64,000 nt of DNA, taken from Polyangiales bacterium (GTDB taxonomy: Bacteria; Myxococcota_A; Polyangia; Polyangiales; Ga0077539). Below are positions 46,756-55,423 of the stretch, one piece after another; positions within the stretch are counted from its first letter, which is position 1, and each line of letters opens with the position of its first letter. The notes under the pieces were generated by a model. It searched no databases. It saw nothing but the letters and a program-made list of their open reading frames with translations, and was not told the origin of the DNA. Where the stretch lies: NCBI GenBank assembly GCA_044229975.1, contig JBGARZ010000010.1:288001-352000 (forward strand), in the 5' to 3' direction. A program made the position numbers and the translations under genes.

Positions 46756-47685
46756 GTGAAGGTCTGCCCCACCTGCAAATCGAGCTACTCCGGCAAACCG
46801 CCGCGGTGTCCGTTGGACGGCGCGCTGCTCTACGACCTCGGCCCCGACCTCCTCGGCGGGCGCGTGGTCGCGCGGCACTTCCGCATGATCGAGCGCTGCG
46901 GCGCGGGCACCACCGCGGACGTCTACCGCGCCCTCGACGTGAAGAGCGGCGCGGTCATCGCGGCGCGCGTTCCGACGGCCTACGGCAGCGACGACGCCAC
47001 GCAGCGCGAGCGGCTCACCGACCAGGTGCGGGCGTTTCACAAGGCCGCGCCGCACGACATGCTGGTGCCCGTGCTCGACGTGCTCGAGCGCGCGGTCGAT
47101 GGGCGCACCGTGGTCATCACGGAGTTCGTGTCGACGCCGGCGCTGCCGCATGTGCTCGCGGCGGGGGCGGTTCCGTTGGATGCGGCGCTCACCGCGGGCG
47201 GACAAATCGCGGCGCTGCTGGAGCACCTCAACTCGCGCGGTGTGCTGGCGCGTGACCTGCGGGCGGGGGCGGTGTTTCTGTCGTCGACGGGGGCGGTGCG
47301 TACGCGGCTGTCCATCGACGCGCTCGCGACGGGTCCGACGTCGGCGCCTGATCCGTTGCCGGCCGTGCGCGCGTTGTCGCCGCACATGGCGCCGGCGTAC
47401 CTGAGCCCGGAGCGCATCCGCGGCGAGGCGTGCACGGCGGCGGGCGACGTGTACGCGTTCGCGGCGCTGCTGTTCGAGATGTTCACGGGGAAGCCGGCGT
47501 TTACGGGCGACGGTCCCGCGGTGGTGCAGCAGCACCTCGAAGCGCCCGCGCCGGTGCTGCGACAGGTGGCGCCCGCGCTCCCGAAGGAGCTCGAAGGGCT
47601 GCTGGCGAGGATGTTCGCGAAGAAGGCGCAGTTCAGGCCGACGCCCACCGAGGTGCGCGCGGCGCTCGCGGCGCTCGCGGGCTGA
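46756..47685 (+). CDS. Ser/Thr kinase-like protein, probably a pseudokinase
   Basis: N-terminal CPTC..CPLDG and a kinase fold (AYLSPE, GDVYAFAALLFEMFTG). VAIK, HRD and DFG are replaced by IAAR, ARDLRAG and IDA. Confidence 0.8.
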   Translation: MKVCPTCKSSYSGKPPRCPLDGALLYDLGPDLLGGRVVARHFRMIERCGAGTTADVYRALDVKSGAVIAARVPTAYGSDDATQRERLTDQVRAFHKAAPHDMLVPVLDVLERAVDGRTVVITEFVSTPALPHVLAAGAVPLDAALTAGGQIAALLEHLNSRGVLARDLRAGAVFLSSTGAVRTRLSIDALATGPTSAPDPLPAVRALSPHMAPAYLSPERIRGEACTAAGDVYAFAALLFEMFTGKPAFTGDGPAVVQQHLEAPAPVLRQVAPALPKELEGLLARMFAKKAQFRPTPTEVRAALAALAG

Positions 47686-47723
47686 GCGGGGCGACCCTTC
47701 GATCTGGCTTATAGTCGCCCGCG

Positions 47724-48773
47724 ATGATCAAGCGGGTGCGGCTCCAGAACTACAAGAACCACCGCGACACGGAGGTCGAACTCCGCCCGCTGACAGTGCT
47801 GGTCGGACCCAACGGCGCGGGCAAGACGAGCTTCTTGCAGGGGCTCCAACTCTTGCGAGGAGTGCCTGCGACCAACGTCGATCATTACTTCACCAGAGGT
47901 GGTCCCTCGATCGAGGCAGTCGTTCATCGCGGTAGCGATGCCGTCGCACTGCAAGCAGAGGGCACGGTGGTTGGAGAGCCATGGTCGGTTGCTCTCAACC
48001 TGCCGACGCGTCAGGTGGCTCATGGACGTTGGTCGATCGCCGACCAACCACCTGTCAGTTTCGGAAAGAACCTCGACTCGTCGCTCCCAGAGAACTCGCC
48101 GTTTCGTCAGCAATTGAAGGGCATCGAACTCTTCAGCTTCGACCCAAACAAGATCTCTGAGCCCGCGCAACTCAGTGAGGTAGTTCCAGCGGTCAAACCA
48201 GATGGAGCCAACACCGCTCCTACGCTCGCCACACTGAAGCTGACCGACCTCGGTGCATTTCAGCGCGTCGAAGCGGCTCTCCGGCAAGTGGTTCCAGGCG
48301 TTGAGCACCTGCTCGTGAAGCCCGCACCCATGCCGACCGGCGGTGGCATCGGCTATCACGTCTCCTTCGACTTTCGCGGCGTGCCCGACGTGCCTGCGTT
48401 CGCTGCCAGCAGCGGGACCCTGGTGACCCTCGCACTGCTCACCGCGCTGCACGCGCCCGACGGCCCGCGCGTCGTGCTCATCGATGAGATCGACCACGCG
48501 CTCCACCCGAAGGCCCAGATGGCCCTCGTGCGACAACTGCGCGCGCTCCTCGCACTCGACCCTGAGCTCCAGATCATCGTGACGACCCACTCGCCGTACA
48601 TCCTCGACGCGGTCGACGTGGAGGACGTTCGGGTCTTCGCGACGCGCGCGGATGGATCGGTCGCGACCAGGTCGTTGGCGCAACACCCGGCCGCGGAGCG
48701 TACGAAGGGCACGCTGTCCGCTGGGCAATTGTGGAGCCTCGACGATGAGTCGACCTGGGTCGCGGAGGCGTGA
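47724..48773 (+). CDS. AAA_21-type ABC ATPase
   Basis: LQNYKN, Walker A GPNGAGKTS, ASSGT, LIDEIDHALHP and IVTTHSPY. Confidence 0.9.
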   Translation: MIKRVRLQNYKNHRDTEVELRPLTVLVGPNGAGKTSFLQGLQLLRGVPATNVDHYFTRGGPSIEAVVHRGSDAVALQAEGTVVGEPWSVALNLPTRQVAHGRWSIADQPPVSFGKNLDSSLPENSPFRQQLKGIELFSFDPNKISEPAQLSEVVPAVKPDGANTAPTLATLKLTDLGAFQRVEAALRQVVPGVEHLLVKPAPMPTGGGIGYHVSFDFRGVPDVPAFAASSGTLVTLALLTALHAPDGPRVVLIDEIDHALHPKAQMALVRQLRALLALDPELQIIVTTHSPYILDAVDVEDVRVFATRADGSVATRSLAQHPAAERTKGTLSAGQLWSLDDESTWVAEA

Positions 48774-48776
48774 CGG

Positions 48777-49559
48777 GTGCCGACTTGGAGGATGTTCTGC
48801 GAGGCCGCGGCGGATCATCATACGACCGCAGGGATCGTCGATCGGGTCCTGGCTGAGCGTTGCGATGACTGGGTTCGAGATCTGCTCGAAACGTCTCCAG
48901 ATGGTGTCCGCACATGGAGTCTCGACGAGCGCGGTGAACCCTGGTCTGACGTGCACTCGGTGCGAGACGTTGCTCGCTCGATGGGCCTGCGTCTCAACCA
49001 CGGGCACTTCGGTGGAGAGCCCGCGGAGCCTTTCGCGCACATGGTCTTCAATGCGGTGCTCGTCGCTCGCGAGACGGCCAAGACGCTCGCCATCGACGCG
49101 CTCGTCATCGTCGCGGACCTGGACAACCAACCCGCCGATCGTCTGAAGGGACTCGAACAGGGCCGCGTTCGAGGGCAGGCCGTTCTCGATTCCGTACCGG
49201 TGATCGTCGGTGCGCCGAACCCCAATCGAGAGGCGTGGGTGCTCGTCGGCTTCGATCCGCTCGACGCCGCGGAGCAGGCGAAGCTCGACGCTGAGCGCCG
49301 GACATTGGGCTTCTATCCCAACGAGTCCCCAGAGCGACTGGTGGCTGTCGACGAGCGTGCGCAAAACCACACCAAGAGGGTTCTCGACGTGTTGACCGGC
49401 GGCGACGACGAGCGTGAGGCCCGGTGTTGGAGCGAATCTCGAATTGAGTCGTTGCAAGCGCGAGGTGTCGGCTGCGGCCTGACGCACTTCATGACCGAGG
49501 TGGAGCAGAAGCTCTGCCCGCAGATCGACAACCGCAGCAGGCCACCAACTGATCGCTGA
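48777..49559 (+). CDS. ATPase partner, TOPRIM-like (DUF4276/RloB-like) protein
   Basis: FCEAAAD (conserved E), IVADLD (DxD) and NREAWVL. Starts 3 nt after the ATPase stop. Confidence 0.6.
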   Translation: MPTWRMFCEAAADHHTTAGIVDRVLAERCDDWVRDLLETSPDGVRTWSLDERGEPWSDVHSVRDVARSMGLRLNHGHFGGEPAEPFAHMVFNAVLVARETAKTLAIDALVIVADLDNQPADRLKGLEQGRVRGQAVLDSVPVIVGAPNPNREAWVLVGFDPLDAAEQAKLDAERRTLGFYPNESPERLVAVDERAQNHTKRVLDVLTGGDDEREARCWSESRIESLQARGVGCGLTHFMTEVEQKLCPQIDNRSRPPTDR

Positions 49560-49566
49560 CGAGGCG

Positions 49567-50436
49567 CTACGGCGCCGGGCGCCCCGAGCAGAACGGCTGG
49601 CACCGGCCCTGAGCACAATGGTCGCTGCGACAGTCCGCGTTGTCGGTGCAGGCCGCGCCGTCGGCCGCGAACGCCCGGCGCACGCAGAAGTGCGCGTCGC
49701 TGCAACGGGCCGAGCGCGCGCAGTCCGTCGGTAGCTCGCAGCTCGCGCCGAGCCCCAGCCGCGCGCCGCAGTGGCCGCGCACGCACTCGTCGCCCAACTG
49801 GCACGAATCGGTCGTCACCTGGCAGGCGGCGCTGCGCTCGATGCGCGGGACGCAACGACCCGCGATGCGCGGGTTCGGGCGCAGGCAGTAGGCCGTCGGG
49901 ACGCAGTCGTCGCTGTACCCGCAGCGCGCACCCACGGCGGCGGTGCCGACGTAGACGCTACGGCACGACGGAATGGCGTCCTCCAACACCTCGCGGATGC
50001 TGAACGGGTCGGGGCCCATGCACGTCGTCGGAGCCGGGCCGCGAGACCGTCGCAACGCCGCGATGCACGCCGCCGCCTCCGCGCCATCAAAGCGTCGCCC
50101 GTCCGCCGGGCCTCCGTCACCGGTCTCCTGCGCAGCGAGCGCGATGAAGATCGCCCGGTCGGCGGCGGAGCGCGGGCGGTCGGCAGGGTTGGCACTGCGC
50201 TCGGCGGGAGTACAGCAGCGCGCGAAGTAGGCGTCGTGGCCCTCGTCGAGCTCCAGGCGCTGCCTCGCGAACTCCTCGCGCGTGAGCGTCGCGGGCGGTG
50301 GTGGCGGCGTGGGAGGCACCACCGTCGCGGCGGCGTCCATCGCTCGCGCAGGCGTCCGCGGCGGATCGGGCGGCGAGCGCCCGCACGCGGACAGCGCGAA
50401 CAGCGAGGCGACGACGACGGATCGGTGGACGTTCAT
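49567..50436 (-). CDS. Cys-rich lipoprotein (Dickkopf-like repeats)
   Basis: Lipobox LSAC and repeated GA.C....DC....C....C motifs. Confidence 0.75.
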   Translation of the reverse strand: MNVHRSVVVASLFALSACGRSPPDPPRTPARAMDAAATVVPPTPPPPPATLTREEFARQRLELDEGHDAYFARCCTPAERSANPADRPRSAADRAIFIALAAQETGDGGPADGRRFDGAEAAACIAALRRSRGPAPTTCMGPDPFSIREVLEDAIPSCRSVYVGTAAVGARCGYSDDCVPTAYCLRPNPRIAGRCVPRIERSAACQVTTDSCQLGDECVRGHCGARLGLGASCELPTDCARSARCSDAHFCVRRAFAADGAACTDNADCRSDHCAQGRCQPFCSGRPAP

Positions 50437-50665
50437 GGGACGCGTCGTGCCTACCGACTGCGCGTCGCTTCCGTCAAGGCGAGGCCGCTGTCGAGGGCGC
50501 GGTCGCTCTCGTTCGAACGGGATCTCCCACGCCACGAAGTCACGGCTCCGCGCAAGCGAAAGAGCCGCCACACGGACGATTTGTCTTCAAGCACAGTCTT
50601 CGCTCAATCGTTCCAAAAGTTGCGGCAGAGGTACGGCAAGTGGTAATCGCGTGCGAGCCTCAATT

Positions 50666-51643
50666 ATGACGGGACCATACGAACGCCTCGTGTCGAACCA
50701 AGATCTTCCTGACTCCTTGTGGAGTTCATCTGATCGGCACCTAATAATACCTCCAACGCTCGTTCGTGCGTATGCGAAAGCAATCGTTGCACATAATCTA
50801 GAGAGTCTGAGCCAAAAAGGGGGGGCAGGAAGCGGGCCGGTCGGGGGACTGACGAAAGAAGCGTCCGACCAGCATTTTGCTCAGTCTTTCTCAGGTTCGG
50901 TGGCGCGAATGCAACTCGCGGCGCTAGACCCTGACTGTCGTGCGGAACACGTGGCCGACGCCTTCGTGAAAATGCTGGCTGGAGGCAAAGTACTAATCAT
51001 TGACGTGCCGTCAGGCTCGGGGGCTGCCTCGCTAGCGTTGTTGTGTACGATATGTGAGCTAAGGGCGAAGAGCATCCTTCCGCGAATTCCATTGGATGTA
51101 GTGTTGATCGGTGGCGAAATATCACCTCATGCGAGAGCATACTCGCAGTATTTGTTGGCGGAAGTGCGAGGTGATTTGTGCGATCAGGCGATCAATGTCG
51201 AGTCGCGATTCGTGCATTGGGATGCGTGTGACCGAGCCTCAACTACCTTGCTAATAAAGCAAGTTGTTCGATCTATTGAGGGATGTGCTGGGGCGCTGAT
51301 GGTTGTCGCGAATTTTAATGGCTTTCTCCATCAGTCGGGCAAGCAGAAGGAGGTGAGGCCGCAGTTGGAAGATTTGTTCCGCTATGCTGCTAGTTCAAAC
51401 ACCACAGCGATATGGATTGAACCTCAGAACAACGGAGCAGTGGCGCAGGGTGGACTGTTTCCCTGGCTCCGAAAGCTTTTTAAGGACACTTTCTTGCAAA
51501 AGCTTGTTGAGATGATTCCTTCCGGGTCGACCGATGATTTTGTCACGATGACGACCTCAAGATTTCGACATCCAATCCGTACGACGGACGTGTATGATGT
51601 GCGGCTTGCCGTCGTGCGATTTAGCCTTCGAGAAGAGCCATGA
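50666..51643 (+). CDS. Class I SAM-dependent methyltransferase-fold protein (RT-associated)
   Basis: KVLIIDVPSGSGAASL (motif I-like), VVLIGGEISP (acidic residue at end of beta2), FVHWDACD and LMVVANF. AT-rich codon usage. Stop overlaps the RT start. Confidence 0.65.
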   Translation: MTGPYERLVSNQDLPDSLWSSSDRHLIIPPTLVRAYAKAIVAHNLESLSQKGGAGSGPVGGLTKEASDQHFAQSFSGSVARMQLAALDPDCRAEHVADAFVKMLAGGKVLIIDVPSGSGAASLALLCTICELRAKSILPRIPLDVVLIGGEISPHARAYSQYLLAEVRGDLCDQAINVESRFVHWDACDRASTTLLIKQVVRSIEGCAGALMVVANFNGFLHQSGKQKEVRPQLEDLFRYAASSNTTAIWIEPQNNGAVAQGGLFPWLRKLFKDTFLQKLVEMIPSGSTDDFVTMTTSRFRHPIRTTDVYDVRLAVVRFSLREEP

Positions 51644-53379
51644 TTCCCCCTCCTCCATCGTTGGTGTCCGTACGCGCAATCAATCAATATCGGAGGCGTG
51701 ATGTATTTACGTATCTAGCGTTGCGCTACTATCTTTCCACCAGTTCCGCGCGCCGTGACTCGTGGTGTTCCGACGTCGCACCGGCAGTCGTTCTGGGGCG
51801 AACCGCGCCTGGATACTTTCGCGCGGCACACTTCAAGGAGATCGTTGGAGATGAGCGACGAGTTGAACATAGACATATTTACCTCCCCGGAGCGAACGAG
51901 GCGCTCGCGGAATCATGGTTGCTGCGAGAGTGTTCGTTGCACGCATACTTTGCCAACCCTCCTTGTGTCTTTAGCTACGAGCTTGCACATCATGAAGCGA
52001 AGAATGGAATGTTCTGCAATTATATGGATGGGTTGCGAAAGAGACACGGCGCTGTTGCGCTAGCCTGCCTTGAGTTTCCAGCAGGTATCGTCCAGTACAC
52101 TGATATTCGACGTTTTTACCCTTCGATCCCCCACGCTGTTGCGCGGGAAGCTTGGCGGAAAGCTGTAGGATCGACTGGATTGGAGCGTCGCGCCGCGAAT
52201 CTTGGCGAAAAACTATTGGATGACTATGCTGCGACGGGAGATTCCGAAGGTGCTTCCGTCATCGTCGGGCCGATGTTCAGTCATCTTATTGCGAATTTAG
52301 TTCTTCGTGACATTGACAGACTTTTGTCGTCGCGGCCTGGTGTGAGGTATTTTCGTTATGTTGATGATATGATTTTTGTCGGCAATCCGGAGGTTGTTCG
52401 CGAAGCGCTTGGAGAGGCATCTGATGCACTGGCCATGCTGGGGCTTGAGATGCACGATCGAGAATCTAGCAAATCTTTGGTCGTTGCGTGCTCGACTTGG
52501 CTTGTCGGATCAGCCGATTATCAAGAGCAGCATCGGGGCATTTCATGGATGACGCTTATTGGCGATCTGAAACGCTTTCTCCTGCTCCATCCAGAAAGGA
52601 GAGAGGAACTCGCCTCCGCAGCAATTCGAAAAGGCTTGCGTCTGCCGGTCGTGAACTATGGCGATGCAGTGCGTGAAAGATCTTTTTTGGCACGGTTTCG
52701 TGACCTCATATCGTTTGATTGGTTGCGCACTAAAGCGAAGAAAATTTCAGTCGACTCAATCTTACAGCAGGCGGATCATCTTCGAGGCTCCTATGGCACA
52801 GAACTCCAGCAGCTGATGGTGCGCATCGATGAGTTGGATGCGTATGAACTCAAACGTCGATTGCCAAAAATCCGCTATCGTGCCGGTCGGCTGGTTTATA
52901 TTGGACAAGAAAATGCTCTGCTGGAGTTGGGTGAATCGATGGAGACAATTCCAGCGCTTGCTTTCCATGCCGCCGTGATGAAGGCCGTCGCGACTGGTAA
53001 TGTTACCAATCTCTTAGCATTCGGTGGCAACGCCACTCAAGCCGCCGCGCAACCTTTGCGCGCCGCGCAACGGAGTGCCGTGATCGATCGTTTGCCTTCT
53101 AGTTCGGTGGAATGGCAGGGTCTATCGGTCTTCGGTATATACGGAGTGCCCGTGGTAGGGGCCCACGACATGTCGACGGCGGACGAGATTTGTCGGCTGG
53201 CGTTCTTCGCTGGAAGTGACCGTAGTCTGATGTCTAGCCAGAATAGTTTCATTCGTGAAGCCGCATGCTTGCATGGGATTGGTTTGGTTCGTCACTCGGA
53301 GATGATGGGTAGTGCATTCGACAAGGACGAGGAACTGGCGATGGACGCCGTTGATCAGTTTCATCTTTCGGTTTCGTAG
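51640..53379 (+). CDS. Reverse transcriptase (UG/Abi/DRT-like) with helical C-terminal extension
   Basis: YTDIRRFYPSI (motif A), VGPMFSHLIANLVL (motif B) and YFRYVDDMIF (catalytic YxDD). About 300 aa of helical C-terminus. Confidence 0.9.
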   Translation: MIPPPPSLVSVRAINQYRRRDVFTYLALRYYLSTSSARRDSWCSDVAPAVVLGRTAPGYFRAAHFKEIVGDERRVEHRHIYLPGANEALAESWLLRECSLHAYFANPPCVFSYELAHHEAKNGMFCNYMDGLRKRHGAVALACLEFPAGIVQYTDIRRFYPSIPHAVAREAWRKAVGSTGLERRAANLGEKLLDDYAATGDSEGASVIVGPMFSHLIANLVLRDIDRLLSSRPGVRYFRYVDDMIFVGNPEVVREALGEASDALAMLGLEMHDRESSKSLVVACSTWLVGSADYQEQHRGISWMTLIGDLKRFLLLHPERREELASAAIRKGLRLPVVNYGDAVRERSFLARFRDLISFDWLRTKAKKISVDSILQQADHLRGSYGTELQQLMVRIDELDAYELKRRLPKIRYRAGRLVYIGQENALLELGESMETIPALAFHAAVMKAVATGNVTNLLAFGGNATQAAAQPLRAAQRSAVIDRLPSSSVEWQGLSVFGIYGVPVVGAHDMSTADEICRLAFFAGSDRSLMSSQNSFIREAACLHGIGLVRHSEMMGSAFDKDEELAMDAVDQFHLSVS

Positions 53380-53718
53380 TCGTCAAAAAAGTTGGTCGGC
53401 GCGAATCATGCCGAGTGCGCGATCGCGGGAGCATGCAGTTAGTTTCATGGGAGAGGCGGCGTGCGAGGCGTTCGGGATGTCGAATCGGGTCGCCGTTGAG
53501 TTGGACGCCCAAGGAGCGCTTGGCAATTGGCCCTCGGTGGACGAATGGGCGATCTGTAGACTCCAAAGGGCACCGAAACGAGCGTGCTTCGTTGGGCCCC
53601 CTCGCGTTCACTCTGCCCTTTTACGTCTCATGTGTCGCTTCACTGCCCTCTGTCGGCACCGCTTTGCCGCCTCGTTGATCCACCGGAGGCACTGCACTCG
53701 CTGGTATGGTCCGCGCCC

Positions 53719-55416
53719 ATGCGACCCACCGCCCTCGCGCTCACCCTCTTCGCGCTCGGTTGCTCGTCCACCCGCGCGCCGACGCCCACGACGCCCACCC
53801 CGCAGCCGCCGCGCACCGCGCCGCTCGTGGTGACCGTCGTCGTCGATCAGTTCGCCGCCTGGATCGCCGAGGAGCGCCTCCCACTTCTCCCCGACACCGG
53901 CGGCTTCGCCCGCCTCCGCCGCGAAGGAACCTGGTACCGCCACGTCCGCTACGGCCACGCCGCCACCGACACCGCGCCCGGTCACTCGTCCCTCTACACG
54001 GGCCGCGCGCCGCGCGAAAACGGCATCCTGGCCAACGAGGTTCCCAACCCGCGCGGTGAGCGCGTGTCCATCCTGCGCGACGAGGCCACGCGCGTCGTCA
54101 CCGCCGATGGGCCCATCGAGGCACCGGGCAGCTCCATCGCGCGCCTCCGCGTCGACACCCTCGCCGACGGCCTGCGCGAACACGTCCCCAACGCCGTCAT
54201 CGTCAGCGTCTCCCTCAAGGACCGCGGCGCCATCTTCGGCGGTGGTCGTCACCCCACCGCGACCCTCTGGTTCGACGCGGGCCGCGACCGCTTCGTCACC
54301 TCCACCGCCTTCGGTCAGACGCTCCCCGCGTGGGCCTCGCCCCACGGCCTCCCGCCCGCCGTGCAGGCGCTGCGCGCATCACCCTGGACGCTCTCCGACG
54401 AGCCGTGGGTGCGCTCGCACGCCGCGTCGCCCGACGCGCAGCCCGGCGAAGGGGACATGGAGGGCTGGGGAACCACCTTCCCGCACGACTTCACCCGCGC
54501 CCGTCGCCCCGCCAGCGCGCTGCGAGCCTCACCGATGGGCGACCTCGCGGTGCTGCAACTCGCCGAGGACGCGCTTGCCGCGCGCGACCCGCAGGCCCCG
54601 ATGCTGCTCGCGATCTCGCTCTCGTCCAACGACTACGTCGGGCACCTCTTTGGTCCCGACTCGTGGGAGGCGTGGGACCAGCTCCGTCGCCTCGACGCCT
54701 CGCTCGCGCGCTTCTTCGAGCGCCTCGACGCGGTCGCCGGGAGTGATGGCTGGTCGCTCGTTCTCTCAGCCGATCATGGCGTCATCGGGCTCCCCGAGAC
54801 GGCCAACGTCCCCGCGGCGCGGCGCTGGTGTGACGGCGCCACGGCGCGCGGCACCGACCCCTACGAGCGCCCCTGCGGAGCGACGGGACGGCTCGACCCC
54901 GACGCCATCGCGAGGGAGTTGCAGGCCGCCGCGGTGGTCGCGCTCGGGCCCGGTGAGTGGGTGCTCGGCGTGGCCGATCCGTACGTCTACCTGACGCCCG
55001 CGGGCGAAGCGCTGGAGGGCGCGCGGCGGACGCAGCTCATCACGGCGATGACCGCGCGGCTGCGACAACACACGGAGGTCGATCGGGTGCTCGACGTGCG
55101 CGAGGTGGCGCCGTCGTGCGCGGCGGGCGAGTCGGTTGACGCGCTGCTCTGTCACGCGATCCCCGCGCGCAACGGCGCGGCGGTGTACGTGCTGTTGAAG
55201 TCGGGGTCGTTCTTCGACTCGGGCTACGCGCTCGGCTTCGGGACGAGCCACGGGTCGCCGTACCTCTTCGATCGCACGGTGCCGCTCATGGTGCGCGCGC
55301 CGGGTCGCGAGCCCGCGGGGCGCGTGGTGGACGAGCCCGCGTCGTTCACGGAGTTCAGGCGGCAGGCTGAGCGGCTGCTGGGCCTGCCCGAGCGGGCGCC
55401 CGCGACGACGCCGTAG
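53719..55416 (+). CDS. Alkaline phosphatase family (PafA/NPP-like) lipoprotein
   Basis: VVVDQF, HAATDTAPGHSSLYTG (Thr nucleophile), SLKDRGAI, SNDYVGHLFGPDS, LSADHG and GTSHGSPY. Confidence 0.9.
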   Translation: MRPTALALTLFALGCSSTRAPTPTTPTPQPPRTAPLVVTVVVDQFAAWIAEERLPLLPDTGGFARLRREGTWYRHVRYGHAATDTAPGHSSLYTGRAPRENGILANEVPNPRGERVSILRDEATRVVTADGPIEAPGSSIARLRVDTLADGLREHVPNAVIVSVSLKDRGAIFGGGRHPTATLWFDAGRDRFVTSTAFGQTLPAWASPHGLPPAVQALRASPWTLSDEPWVRSHAASPDAQPGEGDMEGWGTTFPHDFTRARRPASALRASPMGDLAVLQLAEDALAARDPQAPMLLAISLSSNDYVGHLFGPDSWEAWDQLRRLDASLARFFERLDAVAGSDGWSLVLSADHGVIGLPETANVPAARRWCDGATARGTDPYERPCGATGRLDPDAIARELQAAAVVALGPGEWVLGVADPYVYLTPAGEALEGARRTQLITAMTARLRQHTEVDRVLDVREVAPSCAAGESVDALLCHAIPARNGAAVYVLLKSGSFFDSGYALGFGTSHGSPYLFDRTVPLMVRAPGREPAGRVVDEPASFTEFRRQAERLLGLPERAPATTP

Positions 55417-55423
55417 GAGGGCG

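Noticed and set aside
51640..53379. RT as a retron, group II intron or DGR
   Set aside because: No VTG/NAxxH retron motifs or clear msr-msd inverted repeats, no YADD/maturase or intron ends, and no TR/VR repeat pair or avd gene seen.
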